A stretch of 64,000 nt of DNA from Diadema antillarum (lineage: Eukaryota): contig NW_027271517.1 of NCBI RefSeq assembly GCF_040938485.1, forward strand, positions 248,001-312,000, given 5' to 3'. Position 1 is the stretch's first letter; each line of letters begins with the position of its first letter. A model generated the notes under the pieces. That model saw only the letters and a program-made list of their open reading frames with translations, was not told the origin of the DNA and searched no databases. The translations under genes were made by a program, and so were the position numbers. Shown one piece after another: positions 1 through 12,058 of this stretch.

Positions 1-108
1 CTTTACTTTACTTGATTTGAAAAAAAGATTAGGTCCCACTTTATTGGCTCAGTGATGTCGCAAGGGCATGTTAGTCATAAATTACAGCGTACTTTTATGT
101 TTACTGTG

Positions 109-230
109 TACACACACACACACACACACACACTCACACACACATATTCTCCTGCATACACACTGTCAAATACACATACATACCGATATATACATAGGCC
201 TACATACACACAGACGGATACATACACTCC
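109..230. repeat. (CA)n-rich simple repeat; similar (GT)n tracts at ~1365-1530 and ~5760-6250
   Basis: Direct reading. Confidence 0.85.
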
Positions 231-815
231 ACCCCCCTCTTTCTTAACACCTTGCCCGATCTCTTGCCTTTTGTTTTGGGAAGGGAAGGGATGACTCTAA
301 AACTGTAAATGCCACATATTTCATGAATGTAACATTTTGCAAATTTGGACAGTTTATATGTCAATTTTGAAAGCTTGGCTGAATTTACGATCTGGAACCA
401 CATTTACTGAATGAGAAAGAAGTGTTAGCACCTTTTAAGAGAAAAATTTCCCACTTTGGAAAGGATATAGACAACACATCGAAGTTATGGATTGCAAATT
501 TTTGCAAGCACGTTAATTTTGTTAATATCATTTGACTCACAAAAGTTGCGTGAATAAAAGCACTGCAGAATATATGTCATGACACTGTGTATTCATAGCA
601 ATCCACACTTACCATACTTTTGTATAGAGGGTTAGGATCTGACTTTCATCCCAGTTTAACCAATCAATCAGGTCGTTGAAAGCACATTTCTGTCGTTTGA
701 GTACTGTATCTCATTTCATGCTATTTCCTCTTCTTCTTTTCTTCTTCTTGTTCGACATATAATATGTACTTTGTTACAGTGGAAAAAGAGGCTTCTCAAC
801 CTGTTGAGGACGAGT

Positions 816-888
816 CCCGAGTATACTCGAGCAAGTGTCTATGGGAAATGCGTATTGTAGCAAAATCAGCCCGACCTCATTGGGTTAA
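816..888. mobile_element. Very short piggyBac-like palindromic element (copy 1)
   Basis: Shares gtcccgagtatactcg(a/g)gca..tctatgggaaa with 38187-38279 and ends gggttaa. Confidence 0.45.
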
Positions 889-1190
889 ATGCCCATGTAT
901 GAATGCAAACACGTCAATGTCCCTTTGAAGTTTAAACATTTGATTTCTAAATTGCGATGATCAAAGTGTCCCATTTCATTGGCAAATAGCTCTTTTGAAC
1001 TCTGAAATATTTACTTTTAAGCCAGTGGTGTAGGAGAATGGGAGATCAATGGGGAACATGTCATGTATTCTACAGTACGTATGCTGTATTGTGCACTTTG
1101 GCTATGGGTGTTTCATTCCATCACCTCTGGAATACTGGCTCCGCATCTTGTAGCTACTTTTTTTTTTTTCAGAGAATGTACATGTACAAT

Positions 1191-1363
1191 NNNNNNNNNN
1201 NNNNNNNNNNNNNNNNNNNNNNNNNNNNNNNNNNNNNNNNNNNNNNNNNNNNNNNNNNNNNNNNNNNNNNNNNNNNNNNNNNNNNNNNNNNNNNNNNNNN
1301 NNNNNNNNNNNNNNNNNNNNNNNNNNNNNNNNNNNNNNNNNNNNNNNNNNNNNNNNNNNNNNN
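1191..1363. other. Assembly gap (N)
   Basis: 173 Ns next to a GT-rich repeat. Confidence 1.
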
Positions 1364-1719
1364 AGGTCTTGTGTGAGTGAGTGTTTGTATACACATTGTG
1401 TGTAAGTGTGTATTTCAGTGACTGGGTATAGTTGTGTGTGTGTGGTAATGTGTATGTGCACTGCATGTTTGTATGTCTGAGTGTGATCTGAGTGTGCTCT
1501 TGTATTGTGTATGTGTGTGTGTTTGTACATAAATGTATATGTGCTTGATTATGTGCTCATAAAATGCCTGGGGCAAGACTTGATGAAATAGATGCATAGT
1601 AGAAAAGGGTGTAGACTTATTGGAGTCACGAGTTCAAGGTCCGCACTAAGTCAGCCAAGCATTTGCAGTAGGACCTACATGTGCATATGTACTGCTGCGA
1701 ACCAAAAAGAATCGCTGTA

Positions 1720-1817
1720 TAGTACTATGGGGCAGTTTTAATACTATGTTGTGGTTTTAGTACTATGGGGCAGTTTTAATACTATGGGGTGGTTTTAGTA
1801 CTATGGGGCAGTTTTAG
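1720..1817. repeat. Minisatellite, 38-bp unit (two 19-bp subunits) x ~2.6
   Basis: tagtactatggggcagttt-taatactatg(tt/gg)gtggttt repeated. Confidence 0.85.
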
Positions 1818-2131
1818 TTTTGTGCCATTTACAAAAGCAATTCAAGACAGTTGGTAAATTTTAAATGCCCCCAGCTTCAGCCAGTCAGAGTCAAGGATTC
1901 ATAAAATGCGGTATTTCAAACCATAGGCCTGAATGTTGATTGACAGACTACAGTCTATGATTTCATTTTGTCAGTGTGTTTAGGATTTCATTTTGTCAGT
2001 GTGTTTGCTTATTTCATTTTGTACCTCACTGATAAAACACTTCTGACGGCATTAATGTTCTGATTGTCTGACTTCCTCGGGTTTGGACCTTCTTTCTTCA
2101 TGTGCATATGATTTCACTTTTTGCGTTTCAG

Positions 2132-5100
2132 TATTGAAGAAGACTTTGTGACATGGAAGGACAAATTCTGGCCAGCTGTCTGCGAATATTATGGCTGGGA
2201 GGCTACAGGCGATGAATCAAGGTAAGTTGGCGTCGCGGTGTTGAAATTTTTGCGTATTTTGCGCAACCGGAAACTAGCACAAAATAAAAGCGCGCAAATA
2301 TTTTTTTCCAGTTGTTGTTGTCTAGATTCGGCAGAATTGAAAACATGCGAAATTCATTTTACCTGGCCGAGTGTGAAAAATTACTTACGCGAAAATATCC
2401 ACTTTTACAGTACTAGAGAGTGCGTAGCTGATGATGGAGATTTAAAGGCCTAGATATCAAAATCCTGTTTTGCAATTTAGACAAGGCTACAAACTTCTAG
2501 ATAAGATTTGACTTCACAACACTGTATCTACAAGAAAATGCTAGATCAATGCCTCAATGTCTTGTAAAGATTAAAAAAAGAAAGAAGAAAAAAATCATGT
2601 GTGTCCGAGATTGTTACCGTTTGGTCGTATGTGGCTCCTGACAATTTGTGATTTTTAAGGAACATGGTCTTGTCACCCCCAGAGATGATATGGTAGTATC
2701 CTAGGTACAGGTTTCACATACGTGGCCATGGACAGGTACTTAGTGTGGCAGGCAGAAGATTAAATGCTGCTATCAAAACCGTGACCGTGTCACAAACTCA
2801 AATCGGCAGCAAAGTTGTGAAGATGATACACATGTCGTTTCTTGCAGTATACGGCAGTACTCTGTGACGGAGCACACGGAGGAGGTCCCAGAGAAGGTCT
2901 TCAAAGGAGAGGTGGCAAGGCAGGGATCCTTCCTCAACCAGAAACCGTGAGTCTACTCTTCTGTATATTCATTGCTGCACCACTAACCCATTTTTTCTAC
3001 TGGTCCGATCTATCTGTTTGACCAGTAGGTACCCAGTTTTTATATCTTTCACTGGTTCATTCCTGGAAAAGCTACTGGTCCAACGGTGATTTTCACTTGT
3101 CCTTGACTGTCGGACTAGTGCTAGTGTGCAGGGTTGTTATGTATTGTATCTTTTACGTTGTTCCTCTAATGAGTGTGGTTAAAATCATACATTGTATGTG
3201 ACTCTAAAAGAGTTTGCCGTTCTATATAACATTTCTAACAAAATGTTGTGCTAATAATGATGAATAAGATGGGTTTTCAGTCCTTAGAAATGCATACAAT
3301 GAAAGTGAAATATGTGCCTGGAAGCAACAGAAATTCAACAAAAGTTATCACAGTTAATTTCTAACATGCACGAACATTTATTAAACTGTGGACTGTATCT
3401 CAGATATTGAAGAAGATTGTATCATGTTACTGGTGTTACTTTTGGTGCTAGAGTATAAAGAGTGTGGATGATGTGGACAGACAAATGTAATATATTTTGA
3501 TCCTTTTACTGTTAAGCTCCTAAAATATGATGATTGTACATGATTTGATACAAAACTGAAGTAAAAGCTACTGAGAAAGAGTAGCCAGAAATGCTTACTT
3601 TTTGTGTGTTAATGAATCATATTGTAATATGACCAAAGTTTTATGAAATCTCAAGCTCAAGTTTAGGCGCAGAGGAAGTCATCAAACAGTTTAGTTTCAT
3701 TTTATGATATCTTGAGACCAAATTGAGATGCAAAGGAAGTCAAGAGCAATTTAGCTTAAATTTGGGGAAAACCCTCAGAAACAAATGTAGCAATCAACGG
3801 TCGTAATGTTTAGGGCAATCAATCAAAACATACTATGGAAGTTTTTGAGCAGTTAAGCTGTAATCGGGAAATCCTCAGGAACTGAGTGTAATCATCGAAA
3901 GTCTTAGTGTTAAGGCAGTCAATATGTTATGTACATCATCTTTTGTCCATGTTGGTAACTGGATACTTCTCATCCGACTTCAATCAGTCCGTACGATGCC
4001 AAGAACCCGTACCTGGCGCCGATCCGCATGAACCGGGAACTCCATAAGGGAGGAGACAGGTCGTGCATGCACATAGAGTTCGACATATCCGGATCGAGGA
4101 TACGGTAAGTCCGCTTCCTTTCCTCCAGCCAGGGTCACTGCACTTCAGAAAGTAATTTTCTAATTTTCTCTAGAGAAAGGAAGTGATGGGCTTCCTTCCT
4201 TTCATGTCATTGACCTTACTGTATGACCTCGTCATTGTCACCACTTGGTGATATGCAAACCTCCCAGCCCTTCTAAATTTGGATGAAAGAATCTGAATTT
4301 TGAGCTTTTGTGTCCATTAAGAGTTTCCTATTTTTATTCTTGATAATTCTACTACATACTCCTATGGGATCTGCTCTTTCCTTCCTGCCATTGAGTCAAA
4401 TAATCACTACATTTCAGTCAAAAAGTTTGGAAGTCTGGAAGTGGCTGGTGGTGGTGGTGATGTCTGTGGCAGTTACTGTGAGAGGTTTACGTTCATCTCT
4501 CAGTGGAGTGACAGTTTTTAGTGTCACACGAACTTGAGCACGTCTTGAGGTAGTGTAGTAAAATGTGTTGCACATTCGTGGGTATGTATGACCACACAGG
4601 CAGTAAGTCCCAACACTCATGATTTATGAGGTCAGAGATGAAAAAAGGGGAAAAAAACAATTGAGATGCAATGCTAGGTTGTCGCTGAATTTTGCGAAGA
4701 GCATTTTGGATAAAGTAATTTGATTATTTGTTTTGCAACAGGATATTGAGCATTAATGATTTTGCAGGAATAGTTTGTGTCAAAAGATTCTTATCTGATG
4801 ATCATGTGTCCGTGCCCCCTCCTTAGATACGAATCTGGCGACCACGTTGCTGTGTACCCCATCAATGACCTGGAGCTCGTCAACTCCATTGGCAAACTGC
4901 TGGACTCGGATCTGGATGTGGTCTTCACTCTCACAAACATTGACGGTAAGATGTAATAAAGTGGTGCGTTGGTCCTGTGGTTATGTTTTGGACAGCCATG
5001 TGTGTTAGGTTATGGTTTCAGAGAAGTGGCAGAAATGCCACTTACGTCTGTTTGTCATTCATGTAAAGTGTAATCCAATACATCACCTTTTGGGGATAGA

Positions 5101-8100
5101 GGATCAATCTGAAAACACGATAGTGACCTTGGAAATGATGATTTTTAAATAAATTCGTACTTGCATGGAAGAGGGGCAGAGCTGTATCCATAGTGGCAGG
5201 TGTTGACCTCAAATAAAGTTTTTTCCTGTCCTGGGTTGTGGGGGGGGGGGGGGGCAGTAGCATGGAAAGAATATTTTAAAGTGATGAATAAGATGTGAGA
5301 CTAAGTATGTTACTTCAAGAACAAGTTTTTACATTTTGTGACCGATCAATGTTGTAGTGCTCATCAAAATATGATTCATGTGATTCAGAAGAAATGTTTA
5401 GAAGGAAACTCAGGACTGAACTGTTTCAATTGTATTGTAATTATGCTGTTCCTATACTTTGTTAATGTTGTATGTTGATGTATGTACAGTGCTTTGATCA
5501 GGTCCTGTAAAAGCGCTCAATAAGAAATAGTTGTTTTTATTATTATTATTATTATTGTTGCCATGCCAACAGAGGAGGCAAGTAAAAAGCACCCGTTCCC
5601 ATGCCCCACCTCCTACCGCACCGCCTTCTCCCACTACCTGGACATCACCTCCTGCCCCCGCACCAATGTGCTGAAGGAGCTCTCGGAGTACGCCTCAGAC
5701 CCCAAGGACAAGGAGAAGCTGCTCCTCATGAGTTCAGCCACACCAGAGGGAAAGGTAGTGTTTACATCTGTCTCTGTTTGTTTGTTTGTATATTTGTCTG
5801 TCCCCATTTTTTCCTCTGTCTGTTTCTGTCTCTTTGTGTGTGTTTCTGTGCGTATGTACATTATGTGTTCCTGTCTGTTTTTGGCCTTTTGACTGTCAGA
5901 GTATGTTCCTGCTAATTTTGTTCAATTTATGTCTGTGTGTATCCTTGTCTGGCTGTCTGTCAGTCTGTCTGTCTGTCTGTCTCTGTTTGTTTGTTTGTCC
6001 CCACTATTCTCTCTTTCTGTGTCTATGTTTCTGTCTGTCCCTGTGTGTGTGTGTGCATGTGTGTGTTTGTATGTATGTATGTGTTCCTGTCTGGTTTTGT
6101 TAGCCTTTGGACCATCTATCAGAGTATATTCCTGTTAATCATGTCTGTATGTCTGTAGATATCCTTGTCTGGCTGGCTACTGTTTGTTTGTTTGTTAATT
6201 CCTTCCTTCCTGTCTCAGTCTCTGTTACTGTTATTGCCTGTTTCTGTGTGTTTTTGTTACTCGTGTTCAGTAACCCTCTGTCATTGTCATTTTCTCTGTT
6301 TTTCCTGGAAAAAAAAAGTGGTGATATGTATTGGTGTTGATGAACATTGTATGTGGTTTATAGCACAATACATCTTCCAGTAGGAGGATGAAAAGCAATT
6401 TTCCTTGTGACCATGTCCTTCTCTGTCTGTCTTTCTGTCTTTCTAACATTCTGTATGTCTTTCTGTCTTTCTAACATTCTGTATGTCTTTCTGTCTTTCT
6501 AACATTCTGTATGTCTTTCTATCATTCTGTATGTCTGCCTGTCTCTGCAAGGTATTTTCTGTGGCTATTAGTTTTTGTCCCTCTTAAGCATTGATGAGTA
6601 TCTCTCAGTGTCTTGTTGCCATTGTATCTTTGTGTGTATGTTTGTCTGTCTGTCAATACATTTTCCCCTTCTGTCTCTTTCTGCTAGTATTATTCTGTCA
6701 TGCTCTTTTTTTCTCTCTCTCTCTCTTTGTCTGTTTTTGTGTAAATTTACTTTTCCCTATCCCGAGTATGTGCTTTTCTCTCATGAGGGAAATGAGCAAA
6801 CGAGCTGTTGAGGGTCACGCAATGACATCATCATGGAATGACATCATCATTAGAGATTGGGGGCGGGGGGGGGGGGGGGGGGGGAACGAAGCCAAAACAA
6901 ACCAGAGAGACCAAGGACTCCAAACAATGAAAGCAAACAGCAAAAGGAAAAGTAAAGCATGATATGAGAAATTTTTGCTGTTACACCAAGGATGTTAACA
7001 GTTTTACACATGCTTTCATATATTTTCTCTACTCACTGAATAGTCCTACATGTATGAGTGTAGTCATGAATGACTGTGCAGCGGAGCGTCATTGTAGAAA
7101 GATAGTCTCGGACAAAACCCTCTTGCACCAAGTTCATATTGTAAATTCCAACTCTGTTTCTTTGTTTCTTTTCCCTGACATAGTGAAAAACCTGATACAC
7201 TATAGCAATGACAATGACAATAATATCAATAAAAATAATTATGGCAATGATGAATATAGTGATTATAACAATACATCTTTATATAGCACATTTCAGATCT
7301 AACAGAACTCTCAATGCACTGTATAACCAATATAATACTTTACTATAAAAGTGGATATTTTTTTTTTCTTTTTTGCATGAGTAATTTTTCACGTGCTGGT
7401 GAGCAGTCTGAATTTTTGCGTTTTTAATTTCACAGAATCAAGACATTACATAGTGGTACATACAATAAGCAAAAATATTCACATACTTTTATTTTCGCGC
7501 CATTTTCTAGTTACGTTACAATGTGCAAGATTTTTAGCACAGCAAAACTTTCCACTTTTGCCGTATTCTGCGCTTACAATACAAAACAAGGTGATTGTCC
7601 TGGTTTTTAGGTTCTCAGTACAACCAGGGTTCCCCTGTATTGATTTTCTGATGTTGTATTGTACTATTCTGTTTTACCCGTTCCAGAAAGAGTACAGTGA
7701 CTGGGTGATCAAGTGCCATCGGAACATCGTGGCCATCTTGGAGGACCTACCATCGGTCAAGCCTCCTCTTGACCACCTCTGTGAGCTGCTGCCCCGCCTC
7801 CAGGCCAGATACTACTCCATCTCCTCCTCGCCAAAGGTTGGTTGCGACATGTCGCTGACCTCTTTGTGTCAACACATATTTGTGAAACTAAACTCTGTGA
7901 AACCACTGAACGTAAACAGTCAATTACTAAACCTTCCATTTACTGAGGAGTATGTCTATACAAGTAATTGCTTTCTGCAAACCAAACATAGCATTCATGT
8001 CGCATTGTTTATGAATCCTGAAAAAGGTTCAAGAACTCCCATATCCAAGAAGAAAACAATGTTAATAGTTGCGTGCTGTGCAGTGATATCCATGAACTGA

Positions 8101-10847
8101 TGTGCTCAATTTAATCCCAATGGAAGCTGTTCGAGCGGTTGGTGTTTTTTCCAAGTATGCACTTCTGTTTCAAACTCAACATTATGATTCGGCTGTGAGC
8201 CCTGCCATCCCAAGAATTCTGTTCTTTAGTTACATGTATTGCTTCCTGTTGAGCTGTACAAGCATTTGTTTGGTGTCTGTCCGTCCAAAGGTATCTCCTG
8301 ATAGGATCTCCATCACGGCTGTGCTGATCCGCTACACCACGTCCACCGGCAGGATAGGCAAGGGTGTGGCCACCAACTGGCTGAAGGACAAGATCCCCGA
8401 CGGGCCGGACAACAGCCCCCGTGTGCCCATCTACGTGCGCAAGTCCCAGTTCCGCCTGCCCTTCAAGACTACCACGCCCGTCATCATGGTGGGACCGGGG
8501 ACCGGTCTTGCCCCCTTCAGAGGCTTCATCCAGGAGCGGGATTTCTTCCGAAAGGACGAGAGTGAGTTTTGTCTCCCCCTCAGTCCCTCCCTTCATCTGT
8601 CTGCATCTCCTTTTTCTCTTTATTGCTCTTTGTGTCTGATGGTATAAGTGTTTGTGTGGAGTATCCTCTGGGGGTCTTTGTAGCATTGAAATGAAATGAG
8701 CACTTTGGGTTGTTTGAGAATGATGGTAGTGGGGGTTGGTAGTGTTGGTAATGATTGTGATGTTGGTGACATTAACGATGGTGCTGATTACGGTATTGAT
8801 TACAGTGATAGTAGGTGATGATAAGAATGAAATGTGGTCATGGAATCACAGAATATAAGATGATGGTCGTGTTCATGATGGTGATGGAGATTTGATAAGT
8901 TTTTGTTGTTTTTTTTTAAATGGGATAATACTAATGTTAAGGTTGCAACAGGAATATGATGATGAAAGAGAGAAATCAATGTAGACTTACTGGTGGTGAT
9001 GCAGACAGTTATGATGACTGTAATGATACCGATAAAATGATGCTGCCCAATCAGAGGTGATGAGAGTGGTGGTGAATATGTGAAGATGGTGGTGTTGGTG
9101 ATGTTGATGAAGATTTGGTTTGAAATTTTGATGAATATGATTACACTGATGTTAAATGGATAGTACAGTATTGGTTAAGGTGAGAACTTTTTGAGAGATA
9201 CATAAAAACCACTTTATGAAATGTTTAAAAGCATACAATTCCAAGAGGAATTCAAAGTTCATTTGATGAAAATTGGTTGTGAGATGGCTGAGATATCCAA
9301 AAACAAAGTAAAACAAAGTGACCCTTATAAAATGTAGGCCCTACCTTTTATTAGGATCTCTTTCGTTTTGGATATCTCAGCCATTTTAAAACCAATTTTT
9401 ATCGAATAAACTTTGAAATCCTCTTAGAATTATATATATATTTTTTCATATTTCTCTCTATGTTTCTTATTATCTCAAAGAATCATCATTAAAAAGTTGG
9501 AAACCTGAAGCCCCATCTCAACCAAAACTGTACCATCCCTGTAAGGTGGCAACAGGAATATGATGATGAAAGAGATAAATTATTTTAGACTTCATGGTGG
9601 TGATGTTGACAATGATTATGATTATAATGATACTAATGGAGTGATGATGCCCCATCAAAGTTGATGAGAGGGATGATGATGATTCGCCCGGTAATCTGAT
9701 TGATGGATTACAGTTTTGTAGTGCATGTTGTAATGACCACTAATACCTCAGTCCATGTCATGATGTGCCATGTCAAAATTACTGTCATAATTAATCTTCA
9801 TCCCGTATTCAAATCTCCGCCCTTTTCTTAAAATCCAGCAAAAAAAGTTGGTGACACCATCCTCTTCTTCGGTTGCCGTAGCGATGACGACTACATCTAC
9901 GAGGAGGAATTGGCAGACTTCAAGAACAACGGGACGCTGACCGAGCTCCACGTGGCCTTCTCGCGAAAGACGGAGAAGAAGGTTTACGTCCAGCACATCA
10001 TGAAAGGCTGCCAAAAGAAACTCTGGGAGATGCTGGAGAAGGGGAGCCACATCTACGTGTGTGGGTGAGTGCATTCACTTTGGATTTTCTTTGTGTCTCT
10101 TTTTCAGGTCTTCAGAGTTGCCAATTTGATGATTTAAAACCTGATTATTCTGGAAACAAGACTCCCCCTTGAACTCAAACTGTTCAGGGGGTGAGTGCCA
10201 TCGCTTTGGAGTTTCACTGGTTCAGATATGTGTCAAAATGACCTCTCTCTGCTCTCTTTTTCAGGTCTCGAGAGTTGCCAATTTAAAGATTTAATGATTT
10301 AAAAGCTGATTATTTTAGGTGGCAGCAAGACTCTCCCTGGGACACAAAATGGTTCAGTTGCTGCTCAATTCGAACATGAGTGACATGGAGCACGTCACCA
10401 AACTGTCTGCCACACTTTAAACGAATAGTTCTACCCTTTGGCAATCATATTATGAAGCATGTATTCAAGGAACTACACAAGCGAGTGTTAATCCCTTTGA
10501 GATAATGAAATCTCCAGGATGATTATAATCATGAGTATCTGCTGCCAAAACTTAGATACATCCGTGCTGCATAGACGAATTCTCACCTTATGATTCTTAG
10601 TCACTCCTTTCTTTTTGAAACTATGTGCAATAAAATGCAAGCTGATAACGACTCCTGATATTGTTGCTAACAAGACTTTTGCACGCTTTGGTACGTTTTC
10701 AGTGATGCTCGCTTCATGGCTCCGGATGTCCAGCGAACTATCCGCGAGATCATCTGTGAGGAGGGCGGGAAGACGCAGACAGAGGCGGAGGACTACATCA
10801 AGAGGATGCAGTCGAAGGGGCGGTACTCCTGTGATGTGTGGAGCTAG
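2132..10847 (+). CDS. POR: NADPH-cytochrome P450 reductase, 5'-partial (last 9 exons, ~465 aa: end of FMN domain, connecting, FAD and NADPH domains)
   Basis: Exons 2132-2221, 2848-2946, 3988-4104, 4827-4945, 5573-5754, 7687-7836, 8291-8561, 9839-10064, 10703-10847. All introns are GT-AG and phases are consistent (1399 nt). Diagnostic peptides: EEDFVTWKDKFWPAVC, YESGDHVAVYP, KKHPFPCPTSY, RLQARYYSISSSPK, MVGPGTGLAPFRGF, LFFGCR, VAFSR, KVYVQH, IYVCGDA, C-terminal DVWS*. N-terminal exons were not found in the window. Confidence 0.97.
6429..6535. repeat. Minisatellite, 28-bp unit x 3 plus partial
   Basis: gtctttctgtctttctaacattctgtat repeated. Confidence 0.85.
7341..7565. mobile_element. Degenerate TA(C)TGTA-ended MITE; related half copies at ~2237-2412, ~13600-13771 and ~49530-49718
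   Basis: Ends tactataaaagtggatattt / aaactttccacttttgccgta. The other copies end in ttttacagta or tatacagta with shared cgcgaa/cgcaaa motifs. Confidence 0.45.
9156..9540. mobile_element. Degenerate T2/Kolobok-like MITE in a POR intron
   Basis: ttaa|atggatagtacagtattgg ... ccaaaactgtaccatccct|gtaa; internal inverted arms (gagatggctgagatatccaaaa / ttttggatatctcagccat). Confidence 0.6.
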
Positions 10848-11814
10848 TCCTGCCCCTTGTGTGGGCGGAGCATCCCAAACACCAGTATTTAGGGACTATC
10901 AGTGACCTAGGGAATCATGTGTGTTGTAAATGCGTGATGCTGATAATGGCAGATTGATTGGTCTGCAACAAATCTTCTGGCTCTTTTCTCTCTCTCTATT
11001 TCTCTCTTTTTTTTTTATGGGTATCTCAAATTGCAAAACTGCTTTGAAGGATTGATACTAAATTGGAGAGAAAAAAAATGGAGTCGGTTAGCTGTACATT
11101 GATGAACATGAGTTTATGCCCTCTCCAGTAGCAAGTAAACTGGTGGTAAATATGAATTGATCTTACAATTTTGATATTGAGGATTTATAAATAGTACATG
11201 TAATTATACCTGAATTTCATTTAATTACAGGAAAAGGAAGTTGTGTGATGAAAAATTTAGAATGTATGTGATATCATGATATGCAAATTTTGTTTTTTTT
11301 AAATTTTGTGTCTCTTTGTACCAGGTTTTTGAAAAAAAAAAGATATCTGCATCGAGTGTTTTGTCGCTGTTGTAGTTACCTCAAGATTAATGTCTGTGCA
11401 TGTTTTCTTGTGTAAAGATAGTTGTTCGTTTAGGGCATATCTATTCCTCTACCTTTTAAATGTGATCAAGTATTCAACAGTTGTGCGCAACTTTGTTGAA
11501 GTTTTCGACGTAGTATTACTTGCTTTGGTTTCTCTTGACTCTGGGTAGTGTGGAAATTACAAGTGAATCTTGTGATATAGTGACCTGAGCGGACAGAGAG
11601 TTCATTACATTTTTTTTTTCACTTTCAAATTCAGTGGAATTTACTCAGAATGGAGTGGGAAAAGGAGATGACAGCTGTAGCAAATGTTGGTTATTTCATG
11701 TTTGAATTGCTTGAAAAGTAAGGTAATTGAATGGAAATTTGAAATCAAATATCTTTTTTTTTTTTTTTTTTTGGTTAGACAAAACACTGGGTAATCATGC
11801 ATTTCTGGTGTTCT

Positions 11815-11995
11815 TCCATGGTTAGAATATTTTGATATGTTCTCCCGTATGATGGATGGAACATTATGAGATATTTCCCCATGGTTAGAACATTGTGAGA
11901 TGTTCTCCCATAAACAGAATATTTGTGGATGTTCCCGATGGGAGAACATTTTGGGTTGTTCCCATTCGGCAGAATATTTTTTTGATGTTTCTCAG
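11815..11995. repeat. Diverged minisatellite downstream of the POR stop
   Basis: Recurrent ccatggttagaa(c/t)att..gat(a)tgttc(t)ccc motifs. Confidence 0.5.
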
Positions 11996-12047
11996 GAACA
12001 AGTGGATGGAAGATGGAATGATGTTAATACAGCGTAGTAAAACAATT

Positions 12048-12058
12048 AATAAAATAAA
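12048..12058 (+). terminator. Candidate proximal polyadenylation signal(s) of POR
   Basis: Overlapping AATAAA AATAAA 1.2 kb after the stop, followed by a T-rich tract. Confidence 0.4.
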
